The notes: generated from the sequence alone by a model not told the origin. A stretch of DNA of 44,633 nucleotides from Nemertoderma westbladi (GCA_032718475.1 JAUCBJ010003656.1:1-44633); one strand, 5' to 3'; shown: positions 18,659 through 32,405, counted from the stretch's first letter. Translations and numbers: made by a program.

Positions 18659-21539
18659 AATATGAACGGGAAATTATGAAGTTTTCGATGGCTGGTAGAG
18701 AATCTTCCCATTTCATCCATTTCTTTAATAATTCTCCCTTAAGTGGATCGTCCCATGAGTGGTTTTCAAGCCACATTTGTTGTACTAAACTCCGAGCAAT
18801 CAATATAACTGGGCTAATAAATCCCAATGGATCGAAATAAGTGCTCAGGATACTTAAACAAATCCGTTTAGTTCGAACTGGATTATCTCTCTGTTTTAGT
18901 TGGAAAAACAGGATATCTCTTTCTGTGTCCCATTTCAAACCAAGGGTCTTAGTTTCTGGGAGATCATCCTTTATTAGATCTAGGTCTTTTGCTCCTCGAT
19001 CCTCTACCGGGATTGACTCCAGAAACTCACGGGAGTTGCTGGTGAATTTAGTTAATCGAAATCCACCTCTTTTTAAGCACTCTACCGTTCCTTTAGCGAC
19101 CTCAATGGCTTCTTCTACTGATGGAAGGGACTTCAGATTATCGTCCATGTAGATGTCTCGTTTGATATTGTCGATCACTTCTTTAGAGAAGGCGTCTCGG
19201 TTGTCATCCGCAGTGGTGCGCACCACGGAACAGGCGTTTGAAGGGCTCGAGATTATCCCAAAGGCTTGGATGGTCATCCAGTATTCCACAGGTTTCTTAT
19301 TGAGGTCTCCTTCAGGCCACCACAAAAATCGTAGGCTATCTCGATCCCTGTCCAGCGCTTTGACTTGTAAGAACATGCCTTCTATATCTGAGGCGAAAGC
19401 AATGGAGTATTGTCTTAATCTTAGTAGTATTCCCAACAAGGATTGGAGTAAGTTGGGTCCGGGTAACAATTCAGAATTAAGAGATTGGCCCATATAAAGG
19501 GCGGAACCGTCAAACACCACTCGTACTTCATGGGGTTTACCGGGTTTGGGAACGTAATGGTGAGTTAAGTAATACGTTCTCTCAGTTATAGGGGTTTCTT
19601 CCGGTACTAGCTCCGCATATCCCTTGCTAATAAACTTCTTCAACTGTGTTTTATACATTTCTTTAGCTGAAGAATTTGCCGTAAGGCGTCGATGTAATTG
19701 AGCAATTCTTTTCTCCGCCAAAGGTCTGTTGTTAATGAACTTTGGTTCTCGCTTTCGGAAAGGAAGACCGATCTCATATCTACCTTGATCTTTAAGAAAA
19801 CGAGTAGTTGTCGCTTGGATCTGCTTGGCTCTTTCTTCCTCCACCGATAGGGCCTTATCGTAGGAGTTGGGCTCTACGACCTCTTGAGTAAAGAATCTCA
19901 CGGCGTGTTCATCCCGAGTCTTGGCATTATAACGTTCAATGACGTCATTAAGCTCGTCGTTATAGTCGTCTCGCTCAGATGGGAGAAGGAGTTGACATAA
20001 GTTCACTTGATTTTGCCAAGTCTCGCTTTCCTTAAGGAGATCGATGGCATTCTCCTCATCAAAAAGTTGATGTATATCGTTGTTGTCTGAGGAGTATGGA
20101 GTTCCCTCAGTTGGATCGTCGAACTCACTGTTCTCAACTTCCCATTCTCGTGCTTGATATACCTGCTCTTTAGGTAATCTTTCCATTAGAGTTCTACGGG
20201 AAGGGCCAGTAAAGTACCAACCTACTCTAGTTCTTCCCGCATAAACTTGTAGAGGTTGCGGTTGAGCAGGTCGTTTCTCTAATGTCTCGAGCGCTTCATG
20301 CGCATTTTGACCGATGAGTATTTGCACTCCAGGATAATCTGTCTGGAATCGAGGTATCTTAAGATGTTGGATGCTCTCATCCTCGTCCCAATTATAAAGG
20401 TCTGCTTGAGTAGTAGCGAAGTTCTTTATAGCCACCATTTTCACTGACCTTATGCTATGTTCTCCTAGTTCGTCCTGGGGGGTGGACAACGCACCTACAT
20501 AATAATCCGTGGTTACTGTGGATTTCCAAACTTGCATAATTCCTGACATGTTTAGCTTAGTTCGGAACTTGGGTTGTCCAGCGAATATGTCTTCGGCTAG
20601 CTCTTTGTCGATGAATGTTCCTGTACTACCGGAGTCAAGGAGGGCGTTCACTACATAACTCCTTTTTGGTCCGTGGACCCTTACCTGTACCACAGGAAAT
20701 TCTCTAATCCCTACATTGGAAGTTGGCGCTTTCCAAGATGGTTGTCGATCAGAAGTAGTTAGAGCGAGGTCAATGTCTGTATCTTTTTCATAAATGAGTG
20801 CTCGATACACTGTGGTATTTATCATGTAACAGGATTCGTTTTCGTCGGAGAACTCGTCCGTATAGAATCCTTCCATCTCAGATTGATCAGTGTCGTTCAC
20901 ATCACTGAATTGGACATGTAGTTCAGAATCACTTACCTGACTCGGACTATTTCGCTCGAATTCAGTGTGCAACAAGATATGATGTTTCGCACCGCACTTG
21001 GCACATCTTGTGTCAGAGTAACAGGTTCGCCGTTGGTGTCCATGTCTGAGGCAATTATAACACAACCACTTGTCCCACATGACTTCACGTCTCTCAGTTA
21101 ATGATTTCTTTAGAAATTCATCACACATATTTAAGCGATGGGTCCCATCACATAGCGCACATTTCGGTTTGATGTTACTCACCTTACTCTGAGTAACATT
21201 GTGTACACTTGTCCTTTCTTCGGGTTTTCTCACCGGAATTCTCTTGGGAGACGTAGGAGGAGTTTTTCTTACCTGCTCTCTCCTGTCATTGGTTCGAGAC
21301 TTGAATTTACTTACCTGATCTTTAGGCATTTTATTTACGTAATAAGATCTATCAGTGTCTTTCCCGCTATCTTCTCCTTGAGAAGTCTGGCTTTCGCCGT
21401 CATCTGTATAACACACTGGTGTTACCTTTCTCCTAGCGACGGGTTTTTCACTTACCTTGTTTTCCGGTGTCTTCTCTCTGGACAGTTTCAGGAGCTGTAA
21501 TTTCACTTCTCCATCTAGGAATGACATGAGATCAGCCAT
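18636..21539 (-). pseudogene. Gag knuckles, protease and RT, element 2
   Basis: CALCDGTHRLNMC, CYNCLRHGHQRRTC, CAKCGAKHHILLH; LLDSGS; VRVVFDGS, DIEGMFLQV, YMDD, FDPLG. Confidence 0.93.
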
Positions 21540-21551
21540 GGTAGGGTCTCG

Positions 21552-22271
21552 TCATTGTTGTTCCATCATATATAACACTTTCTTATCCCAGCGTGTACCT
21601 ACTCCACCCTTCGGTAAAGTAGAAGCCACTGCTCTAATAACCATAGCACTCTGATACTCATGAGACTTACCTAGCCAATCTAATTGTCTGCAGATCTCCT
21701 GAATCTCATCGGAAAACTCTATAATCCCGCTGCTAATAAACTTTCGGGGCGCTACTAACTTTGCATACAAATACCCAGCTATGTTATTCTTATTACCATA
21801 CCTGATGTTTAGTGTATCCCAAACTTGTCTTAATCCGTCTGGATGTCCAATAAACTTTAGCGCCATTAACTTGGGAGATCCTTCCAAGCACTCGATGAGG
21901 AATCTAAGTTTCTCTCCATTAGATAGTACAGAGTTCTGTATGTTATCTTTGTAATATTCATTAAAAGGTAACCATTTCATCTCATCTCCATTGAACTTGA
22001 CGATCTCTCCCACCTTTACCGCTTGCCGGGCTTCGGTTCTAGCCATTTGACGCGTAAAACTTTCTTGGGCCATCGTGTTATTTAATATCGAGTTATCGGT
22101 ATATAAATTTCTCGGATTATGATCCGGTCTATAGGGAATATCATTATCAACAGGTCTATAATTACCCTTAATAGGGTTCACTATAGGAGTTTCTACTTCG
22201 CTAGCAGTATAGATGCGTGTAGGCTCCACACCTTGCGTATGAGATACTTCAGACCTAACAGGTTGACACAT
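21552..22271 (-). pseudogene. Gag core (DUF1759-like), element 2
   Basis: KFNGDEMKWLPF...EKLRFLIECLEGSP...WDTLNIRYG. Confidence 0.85.
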
Positions 22272-22337
22272 TGTTACGGGGGGTGTTGGTATACCCTTTT
22301 GTGTATTTACTAATTTATCGCGTTCAAGCGCGATACT

Positions 22338-24329
22338 TTACTGCACTTCTTGCAACTCTAATCTACTTTCCCTTACTGTGCCCTTGAATTGCTGAACGGT
22401 CTCCTGCATCTGTCCGAGCAGGAGATCCATCCCCCGTCGTCTCTCATCCACCCATTCAACCGCCGAAGCGGGATTCGCCAACGTTGTAGCGGGCGGACGA
22501 GGGACAACGGGCGACAAATCGTGAAGATTTCGCTCGGAGTCCAGGGCATGAACTGTCTCATGGGCTGTTCTGCTGGGCACAGGTAGCTTAGTGCTGTGCA
22601 AAGGGAATTGCGAGGTAGGTTCAGGGAGTACAGGTGTCTCTACCACCGAAAGGGTGGCTTCGGGAACAGGCCTAATTATTTCAGGCTCATCTACTATAGT
22701 AGGGAGTCTTTCTATTGTAATTATTTGGTCTGTGGGTTCTGTACTACCTAAGTTGGTGTTATTTAGTTGCCTTCTAACAGCTGGAGGCAAATCAGGCAAT
22801 TTCTGACGGTGGGATGTTCTTTTACGTCTGCTTAGGTGAGATCTATTTCCTTTGCCTTCAGTATCGGTGGTGTCGCCTTCCTCAGATGATGTATATCCCT
22901 GTCTTTTGGGAGTAGATCGATTCATCATCTGCATATTACTAGCTGTTAACTGTTTATTTATGCAGTCTTGATTCTCCTGAATGTTTTCCAATTCTAGTTG
23001 AGTGGTTTCTTCAGCCGCTCTCCGTTCTGCTTCTGCTACTGCCTCTGCCGCCTTCCTTTCCGCTTCGGCCGCTTTTCTCTCCGCTTCTGCCTCTGCCGCT
23101 GCCGCTTTTCTTTCGACTTCTGCAGCTGCTACTGCTGCTTTCTTTCTGTCTTCTATGCGTTTCTTCTTCACCCTTTCTTCTTGGTCTCTAGCGATGCGGA
23201 GTTGTTCATCGAATTTAGCTTGGTTCGCGGCTAACCTATCCACATCAATTGCGTCCAACACACGCTGGGCTCCTTCACTATTAGGGCTAAGTCCATCTAG
23301 CCTTCTCCTCAACTCTTCATCTCCCAAAAAACGCTGATAGTCTGACAGATAGATGTCAATAGCATCCCTCTTATGCGGTTTCTCTGCCGTCGCTTCACTT
23401 TCCACTTGGGAAAAAGTAGCGTCTGTTGATTCTCCATGGGTTGAGCGCTCCTCCAGCTGAGCTTTCCACTGAGCTGTTCCTTGAACCTGGAGACTCACCT
23501 TTTGAAACCAAGTCTTTACAGCAACTTGCAACGACGTGTCTTGTCTTCTTTTAGAAGCCTCCTCAAAGGCTGATAAGATTAGCCTGATTCGTAGAATTCT
23601 TTCTCTAACTTGATAAAGCAGTTGTCCCTGCTCTTGAGGTCCTTGGGGTTGTTGAAACAGTTGTTTTTCTACTCGCTCCATAGAGCTGAAGAATCCCTGT
23701 GCGTATCCGGCTGCGGACCTCTTCCACACAGCTGGATCGATGGTTCCCTTGGCTACTCCCATCCGGTGTATGTCTTCCCAGGCCGCTTCTGATAAATCAA
23801 ACGGGAGTCCGGGTCCGGGGAAGTTCCATTGCGACTCGACCATAGATTTCAGTTCTTCCATTGTGTATCCCGCATAACTATCTTTAGTCGATCGCTTACT
23901 TCTCGCCCAATCGATCTGGTGTTCTTCCACCGCGATCAATAACCTAGTGAGTACGGCTGCAGGAAGGATGAGAAGGGGATCCGAATAAACCGCATCCGTC
24001 ATCTTTGCTCCGCGCTCGGGTGTCAGCTCTACAGTATCCTCACTACTGGAGCTGTTGGGCTGCTGAGAAATAAGTTCTTGGCTCGCGGGTTGTTGCTGTT
24101 CCGCTGCTTCTTGGTCCCGCTTGACCTGAGCTCGAGTGCCTATGATAGACCTACGATGTTGGACCAGCCTAGGTTCTGTTATTACTACTGGAGGGATGAC
24201 CTTCCTCACAGTGGGAGGTGAACTGAACTTAGGTGTAGACGGTTCTACACCCTTATCTGAGTCGCAGATAGTTACATCTAATAAACTGTCTGACAGGTTC
24301 TGCTTAGTATCAGACATGTTTGTTTGCAC
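22338..24329 (-). pseudogene. Gag N-terminal coiled-coil region, element 2
   Basis: 663-aa ORF in frame with 21552-22271 across a single TAA; AEAERKAA coiled-coil repeats. Confidence 0.75.
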
Positions 24330-24449
24330 AGTTGAATGCCTACTGCTATATTACAGTCTAAGCAAGTCTAGTAATTCAGCATTAACTGCTAGCCTAGTAA
24401 TTAATTACCGATACTGCTACTCAGTGTAGCGTGATATATATATAATGTT

Positions 24450-24695
24450 AGAATACCGGTATGCTTATGGTATATATAAGTATTATTACAGACTAGGTTT
24501 TTCACAGAAACTGGTATATAATTTTAGCACAAATATATATAAATATATAATAGGCCTATCGTGGATACCGGTATGCAGTTTACACTTATAGTATATATAA
24601 GTATAATTATTAACTAGAATTAATTACAGAATACCGGTATGATTTCAGCACAAATATAAATATATAATAGGCCTATCGTGGATACTGGTATATCA
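24450..24695. repeat. Degenerate tandem repeat with ATAC(C/T)GGTAT sites about every 50-65 bp
   Basis: Sites at ~24453, 24509, 24565, 24631 and 24682; duplicated TATATAATAGGCCTATCGTGGATAC. Confidence 0.75.
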
Positions 24696-25657
24696 ATTAT
24701 TTTAGAATAATTGAATTTCTGAATTTTAAGGGTTACTTGGTTACTTTAACTTACTTTATTACCGTTATTTGAGCAGTAGTCCAACTGATATTGAGACCTA
24801 ATTGTTGTATGGCAGGCCTACTATTTATAAATCGTTTGAGTTGATTTATAATATATATATACCCGTTTAATGGGTTTTTTCAATGTTTGAAATAAATGTT
24901 ATTATTTCTGGGGGAGTCACTACACATAAGCTGTGCGCTCTCAGTGGAGTGCTACTTTTTAGACACTAAAACAAATAATTCTAATTTACCTAAGTTACTT
25001 AATACTACAAATTACGTACAATTCGGGTTGAGATTACAATCTCTAAATAAACACAAAAATTTAATTACAAATACACAAATACGAATTTTTAGGGTAATTT
25101 TACAAGAAGTCTACTAACCAGCCTAACAAAGGGTTAGAATATCTGGTTATTACGACGGACAGGTTACTACGGTATTTGAAAATAATAAGTAGTAGTAAAT
25201 ATACTGCGTTGTCCAGATAGGAAAATACTACCGCCTGACGACCTATAACCGTATCGCTATAGGTACTACGTTATGTATCACGGAGTGTCCCTACCTAGAA
25301 GTTAATTACCGCGGTCTACCAGAACCAACGTGCCTATTAACCACTTTACAACACAAATACACTGCCTACATACTAATCACCTTCGGAAAGTACTGTACAC
25401 TAAACCCTAAATTAGGTACAAGTACTTGTATAACAAATAATTAGTAGTTAAAATACTTGAACAGCTAAAAGAACCACGGTATCTGCCGGAGTGACCAAAG
25501 CACAGAATCTCCAGTCTTTACCTACGCCGAGCAGCCCTGATGTAGTACCGGGGTTAGTTTAACTATAACGGTATGTATAACAAACACAATTACTGTAGGA
25601 ATAAACTTGGGGATATGAATGTTGCGAATAATCGCATAAACTCTGAATAATAAATAT

Positions 25658-26225
25658 TACGCTACGCGTACAAACTACTAAAACAAAATGCAGACCAAAT
25701 ACTGACAGACTACTATCAAGCCTAAACAAACTACGGTATATGCAGACTCCAAAATGATTAGTTAGTATGCGTTCTAACCCAGTAGTACGACTTATTCTTT
25801 CACAGGGGGTTTACCTCACAGCACTTGAAGCCCCTACTTTCCTAACTTAGCACTTTATCGGACAGATGCTCTACACACACCGAAATTTCCTCAAACCCAA
25901 CAACAGCCAGACAACTACCCAGCCTACAAATTATCTAAATAAAATTATACGCTACCCGTACAGACTACACAAACAAAGTACAGACCAAACACTGGCGGAC
26001 TCCTATCAGGCCTAAATAAACCGCAGGACATGCAGACTCCAAAATGGTTAAGTAGTATGCGTTCTAACCCAGTAGTACGACTTATTCTTTAGATGGGGGT
26101 TTACCTTACAGCGATGGCTGCCCCTACTTCCTAACCGTTCTTTATCGGACATACACTCTACATGCACTGCAATCCGTTCAGACCTAATCAACAGCTAGCC
26201 AACAGTCAAGCCTACAAATTATCTG
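25658..26225. repeat. Diverged ~290-bp tandem duplication
   Basis: Units start at 25658 and 25948 and share TAGTATGCGTTCTAACCCAGTAGTACGACTTATTCTTT and GCCTACAAATTATCT. Confidence 0.9.
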
Positions 26226-28002
26226 TACAATCTGAGCAGGCTTACACGCCTTCTGCTCAATACTGGCCTACAAATAAATAAAACTTGACAGAAACAAGTA
26301 AAATCTCAATAAAAAACCAGGGCGGCCGACCCTGATTAATTATTAAGGCCTACCGGTATATAATTATCAAAATCGAATAATACTGATGTACCTGTACCGT
26401 TGTAGGTACCGGTCCGGATGATCAGGCAGTCAGGCCTACAGGTTTCCGGTCGACCGGTACTTTCGACTAGATTGCTTACACCGCAATCCAGAAGCAATAT
26501 CTGTTATTGTTTCTGGATTAGATCAATATCTGTTATTGTTTGCGCTTTTAAGACCTTTGACAGTTTAACCTGCCAAATTAGAATGTCTTTTGGATGATAT
26601 ATATTCTTTAGCTTATGACGAGTATTTGATACACTACATTAGCCGAAGCCAGTCTATGCGCAATCATTCACCCGTTGGATATACCCGGGAGACTGAGTTC
26701 GGAGTTTAATGATTGATAGTGTAAGCCTACTGTATTATTCGACTGATCGTAATATATAATCTCTGACAAATATTATTCACTTTCGGGAAATATTAACAGT
26801 TCCTTTAGGACGTGGCGCTCTAAATATGTAAACAGAGTTATGACTTAAACTAGACCCAACGAAAAGGCTATAGATTAACGTATATGGCGCATTCTTTAGG
26901 AGATGCTTTGTTATCAGTTACAATCATACACAATGCTGCACAATACTGCACACTAATCTGCCGACCTTCACTAAATTTGGTCACGTATAAAGAGAGCAAC
27001 AGACAATTTATGTTGGGCATATGAAATAGCATTAGATTCATTTCAAACCACTCAACATAGGTCGCAATCGTTTATCTGTAACCGGTCTCTCTAACCTTTA
27101 GTATATCAAGAAGGTGGGGTGTCTGACTATTGATCAGTATTCCGATATAATAATTCATCAACAAATATAACGAATAACCAACAGCAAAAGCAGTAATGTA
27201 AGATATGAATTGCATAGATATGTATGATAAGATTGTAATTAACTCGGTAACTCAAGTTAGTCGTTTGATAACAGATATACGTTCTATAATTAAGCCTACT
27301 AATGTAAAGCTAAAGAACGCTGATATACGGAGGTGCTAAAAGCCGATGTTCTTAGGCTCTGAGCAAAAACATAACACTGAACTACTGAGTTCTGTATACA
27401 CCTCCAACACAGAGACAAAAAACGCTCTGATTGGTCAACCGAACAACGAGAGAACAAAGAAACAAAGAAACGTCGACGTGGCAATATCAGCTGTTAGCCG
27501 TCGTCATGGTAGCGACACTGTTTTCAAGAGTATCCAGCTTATCGCGTCACGAGATTGCGGATTATGTCCTCTAAAGTACAAATACAGTACAAATACAGAA
27601 GAAATGACTTTTATGTCCTCTAAAACACCAGTACAGCAAGGACACGGCCTTTTTATGCCTGGCAAACCAACTACAGAGTACTTTAAGGGAAAATAACCGG
27701 TTAATGACGCAAAAGCTTTTACACACTGTATGGTTTGATGTGTGATAAATGAGCTAAATGTTGTTGGTAATGATAAGATGATGATGAAAGAAACGTAAAG
27801 AAATATATCTCCCAAAGGCCGAAGTTATGAATCGGCTAAATAGTGTCTTTATGTTTATTTTGGATAGAGCAGATTGGTCTAGAGGTGACATTCCTGGGTT
27901 TCCTATGTACAGTATCAGGGGATAGTTCTTTTTACAGAACACAATCGAACACACAAAAACACACCCGAACACACTCCAAAAACTGCCGAACACAATCAAA
28001 CA

Positions 28003-28686
28003 CATTCGAAAATAGAAAGAGCATAAAAAAATAACACCGGCTACAAACTTTTAGTTAAAATTAGCCACGCGTTGCTTTTCTATAAGAAAATTCCCGAAAT
28101 TATGGAATAAAATTGTCGCGAAATTAAATATTAATTTCTTATCAGGTAGGCATAATTATTTTGTTGTGTACTGTTGTACTGTATAACAAACTATGTAGGG
28201 AAGCCTACCGGGTCCCGTACCTGTCAAATATAGTAATAGCGGGTTAGCTAATAGGCCTGTTTGCCTGTGTGCTGGAATAGCTTGGTCTCGGACTGATTGC
28301 TGAGGATTTGGATTAGGAAGTTAGGCCCGTTACCGTACGTAATGTACATGACTTACGCTACAACATATCGGTACAACATAGGTACCGGTACCTACCTGCC
28401 TACTGCCACACTGGAATATAAAGAGCTGGGTCCCGGTTAGGTACCTACCCTGGCAGCTACCGGTAGGGATCTCTGTCCCGGTGGTAACCACACTTAACTT
28501 AAGCCTACTTATGTTAGAATATTAGTTGTAGGCTTAGGCTAGGCCTCATCTGAATAAAAATATATTTAATTTCGCGACAATTTTATTCAATAATTTGGGG
28601 AATTCTCTTGTAGAAAAGCAACGCGTGGAAAATTTTATCTAAAAGTTGGTACCCGGTGTTATTTTTTTGTGATCTTTCTTCGAATA
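28003..28686. mobile_element. MITE-like element with ~125-bp imperfect inverted repeats
   Basis: AAAAAAATAACACCGG...CCACGCGTTGCTTTTCTA...TTGTCGCGAAATTAAATAT is mirrored at ~28563-28686. Ends approximate. Confidence 0.8.
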
Positions 28687-29178
28687 TATGCGAAGTACAA
28701 CAGCGACACCAACTCAATGAGGTTGTTCTGCAACGGCGTTCCCGTCAGTAACAGACGCCGTTCCACGCAAATCTTTATCAGGTGTTTGTACCAACACTAA
28801 AGTTCAGTCAAATAGTATATTTAAATACATAGAAACTCTTAGAGCACCAAACTTAAGCTAGCTATTTGAAAAATGTATTTGATTTTGATTTTTGAGATAC
28901 ATGGATTTACCTTACAAATTCTAACCAGTCTACTTATATTACATCATGTAAATTATATAAATTTCCACAGCTGTTCCTAAGCCAAAACAATGAAACTCGC
29001 ATGAGATACATGGTGTACGCTTATAGTTACATGGAGTGTCAATATCACATTAGGGTTACATGGTTCTGCCGTGGCATGCTTTAACAATAATAATAACCGC
29101 AGTTACCTCAATAACCGCACATAACCGCAGTCCATCATAAATTCTAATAAAATTTGTTGAAAAAATGGCTTTAATTTA

Positions 29179-29493
29179 CGGAAGCCCACAACTGTCAAGG
29201 ACAAAACATTAATAAAACTTGGACGCAATTAAATAAATTTCATACAAAGCCATAGAAAGCATGCCATTTCAAAATTCATCAGGGCGTTTTGCCCTGAGGG
29301 CATTTTTACCAGAGGGCATTTTGCCCTGAGGGCATTTTGCCCTGAGGGCAATATGCCCTCAGGGCAAAATGCCCTCAGGGCAAAACGCCCTGATGAATTT
29401 TGAAATGGCATGCTTTCTATGGCTTTGTATGAAATTTATTTAATTGCGTCCAAGTTTTATTAATGTTTTGTCATTGACAGTTGTGGGCTTCCG
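29179..29493. mobile_element. Near-perfect palindromic MITE, CGG...CCG ends, TA TSD
   Basis: ~128-bp arms nearly identical; centre of GAGGGCATTTTGCCCT-type short repeats; flanked by TA on both sides. Confidence 0.9.
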
Positions 29494-29671
29494 TATTAAT
29501 TATTCTGTAGAGGCTTCCCTTAGTTTTTTTTTTACAAAATATACAGTAGAGATGGCTGTCAAAATACAGTTTGCGGCCTACTATTCAGAAATGTAAATTA
29601 TATACTTTTTTTTATTTTAACAATTTTATATATTACGGGTATAACGATGACGAGACGATAGAGACATGATG

Positions 29672-30931
29672 CCGCGCCCGGGTAGAGACGTGACACATCA
29701 CCCCATGCCCGTGTAGAAGCGTGACCCCGCGCCCGGGTAGAGACGTGACACATCACCCCGTGCCCGTGTAGAAGCGTGACCCCGCGCCCGGGTAGAGACG
29801 TGACACATCACCCCGTGCCCATGTAGAAGCGTGACCCCGCGCCCGGGTAGAGACGTGACACATCACCCTGTGCCCGTGTAGAAGCGTGACCCCGCGCCCG
29901 TGTAGAAGCATGACCCTGCGCCCGTGTAGAGACGTGACCCTGCGCCCGTGTAGAGACGCGACACATCACCCCGTGCCCGTGTAGAAGCGTGACCCAGCGC
30001 CCGGGTAGAGACGTGACACATCACCCTGTGCCAGTGCAGAAGCGTGACCCAGTGCCCGGGTAGAGATGTGACACATCACCCCGTGCCCGTGTAGAAGCAT
30101 GACCCTGCGCCCGTGTAGAGACATGACCCGGCGCACGGGTAGAGAAATGACACATCACCCCGTGCCCGTGTAGAAGCGTGACCCCGCGCCCGTGTAGAAG
30201 CGTGACCCTGCGCCCGTGTAGAGACGTGACCCGGCGCCCGGGTAGAGACGTGACACATCAACCAGTGCCCGTGTAGAAGCGTGACCCCGCGCCCATGTAG
30301 AAGCGTGACCCTGCGCCCGTGTAGAGACGTGACCCCTCGCCCGTGTAGAAGCATGACCCTGTGCCTGTGTAGAGACGTGACCCCGCGCCTGGGTAGAGAC
30401 GTGACACATCACCCCGTGCCCGTGTAGAAGCGTGACCCCACGCCCGTGTAGAAACGTGACCCTGCACCTGTGTAGAGACGTCACCCCGCGCCCAGGTAGA
30501 GACGTGACACATCACCCTGTGCCTGTGTAGAGACGTGACCCCGCACCCGTGTAGAAGCGTGACCATGCGCCCATGTAGAGACGTGACCCCGCGCCCGGGT
30601 AGAGACGTGACACATCAGCCCATGCCCGTGTAGAAGCGTGACCCCGCGCCCAGGTAGAGACATGACACATCACCCCGTGTCTGTGTAGAAGCGTGACCCC
30701 GCGCCCGTGTAGAAGCTTGACCCTGCGCCCGTGTAGAGACATGACCCCGCGCCCGGGTAGAGACGTGACACATCACCCGGGTAGAGACGTGACACATCAA
30801 CCCGTGCCCGTCTAGAAGCGTGACCCTGCGCCCGTGTAGAAGCGTGACCCCACGCCCATGTAGAGACGTGACCCCGCGCTCGGGTAGAGACGTGACACAT
30901 CACCCCGTGTAGAAGCGTGACCCCGCGCCCG
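29672..30931. repeat. GC-rich compound minisatellite (21- and 26-bp related units)
   Basis: GCCCGTGTAGAAGCGTGACCCCGC and GCCCGGGTAGAGACGTGACACATCACCCC units interspersed. Confidence 0.95.
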
Positions 30932-31150
30932 GATTTGGAGTGTTGTAATTTAGTAACCTTTAATTTTATTTTTCACTGTTCAAGTAAATTACATTGATGT
31001 AAAAATTAGCGACGCCCCTGTCTGTAACTGGTAGGCAGGTGCCAGCAGTCTGTATGTAACTGGAAGCCAGGCGGCAGCAGTCTTTCTGTGACAGTTAATC
31101 ATAAGAATGTAATTTAAAGTGATAACTAACATACAGTGGTATCTATACTA

Positions 31151-32405
31151 CAGTCCCTATCTCATTCTGAATATTATTTCTCAAACTGGGTATCATTTCT
31201 CAAACCTTTTACTAATTATAGTCAACGGAGAATTTCAGTAGGTAAGACTGGGGTAAGAGTTGAGAAATCAGAAAGATGCAGCCAGCTCAATCTAACTCAA
31301 ACTAGAGTCTGGCGCCATGGTTTGAGTTAGGTTGACTTCCAACTGTGCCATACTCAGCATTACTGTTCTTGTACGGGATGGATAATTACTCTGATTGAGT
31401 GAGGCACCACATGGGGAAGGGGCCTCTTTCTGTTGCTTGGGCTCTTGAGTTAATGGGTTGAATTACATAAGCTGGGCAGGCCGTCTTGCGTGTGTCTCAT
31501 AAAAGACATGTCAATCACGCAGTTCCTTTGTGGGCTGTACTAAATGTATGTTGTTAACTAAACCACACTGGCTCGGTCTGTTTGTAGAGAAAGTTTTAAT
31601 TCTGGGAATATTGTTGTGGGAAATTGGTGCTCTGTTTTCTGTCTTGTTTAATGTCAATTGGTGCCTTACAAGGCATATCAGTTTAAAAATCTAATGGTTA
31701 AATGAGAATTATTAGTGCATATGGGACCTCGCAACACCAACCCCCCCCCCCCCCCCTCCCATAAATATGGCCCTGTCTATAATTACAGAGGTTTCCTCTG
31801 ACCCCTTTGCCCGGTATACCCACACCCGGAGGTATTGCGAATAATTGTTTTGACGATGTAATAGAGAATTAAACATTAGTAAAACATTAAAGTTAAACAT
31901 TAGAAACATTAGCGAAACATACGCGACATTAAATTAAATTTATAAAATTGGTTGGTTATATTATATGGTTATATTTTAATGTAAAATAACGTTAATATGT
32001 TATGAGTCATACATACTTAATAAATGTAATAAAAAATTAATAAATCTTCAGTTTAATAATTTAGCATATATCTTTTTTTTTATTCTGAAATTCAAAAATA
32101 AATTGAGCCACTGAGTCTGCAACTTAATTCTCACTGTCTACTGGAGTTAATTACACACAAACAAATCAAGTTTAGGGAATGTTATAACAGCAGGAGACCA
32201 TCAAACCCGTTGGCAGAGTATAACAGAAGCGAGTGGGCCATTAAACACAGACAGCTTGTTGTATGAATGCTACACAGCGCACAGTGGGTGGTTATGCGAG
32301 TTTGAGTTGGGTTTGAGTAAACCAGACAGGTTTGAGTTAGTAAGTGTGAGGTAAGAGAAAAGGTACCCAGTTTGAGAAACGGTATCTAGAATGAGATAGG
32401 GACTG
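31151..32405. mobile_element. Non-autonomous Tc1/mariner/pogo-type DNA transposon, CAG...CTG ends, TA TSD
   Basis: TIR CAGTCCCTATCTCATTCT...TTTCTCAAACTGGGTA at both ends; TA duplicated; empty site visible in copy B at 35680-35681. Confidence 0.93.

Larger units (their letters stand above)
17450..24329 (-). mobile_element. Second, older BEL/Pao retrotransposon (element 2); integrase truncated, LTRs not found
   Basis: Gag-PR-RT-RH reading frame broken by two in-frame stops (22338, 21552) and one frameshift (~18640); ends inside the integrase zinc finger. Confidence 0.92.

Noticed and set aside
27346-27815. 116-aa and 103-aa ORFs
   Set aside because: No recognisable motif or splice support.
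30076-30903. Cluster of short minus-strand ORFs
   Set aside because: Minisatellite translations with non-triplet unit lengths.
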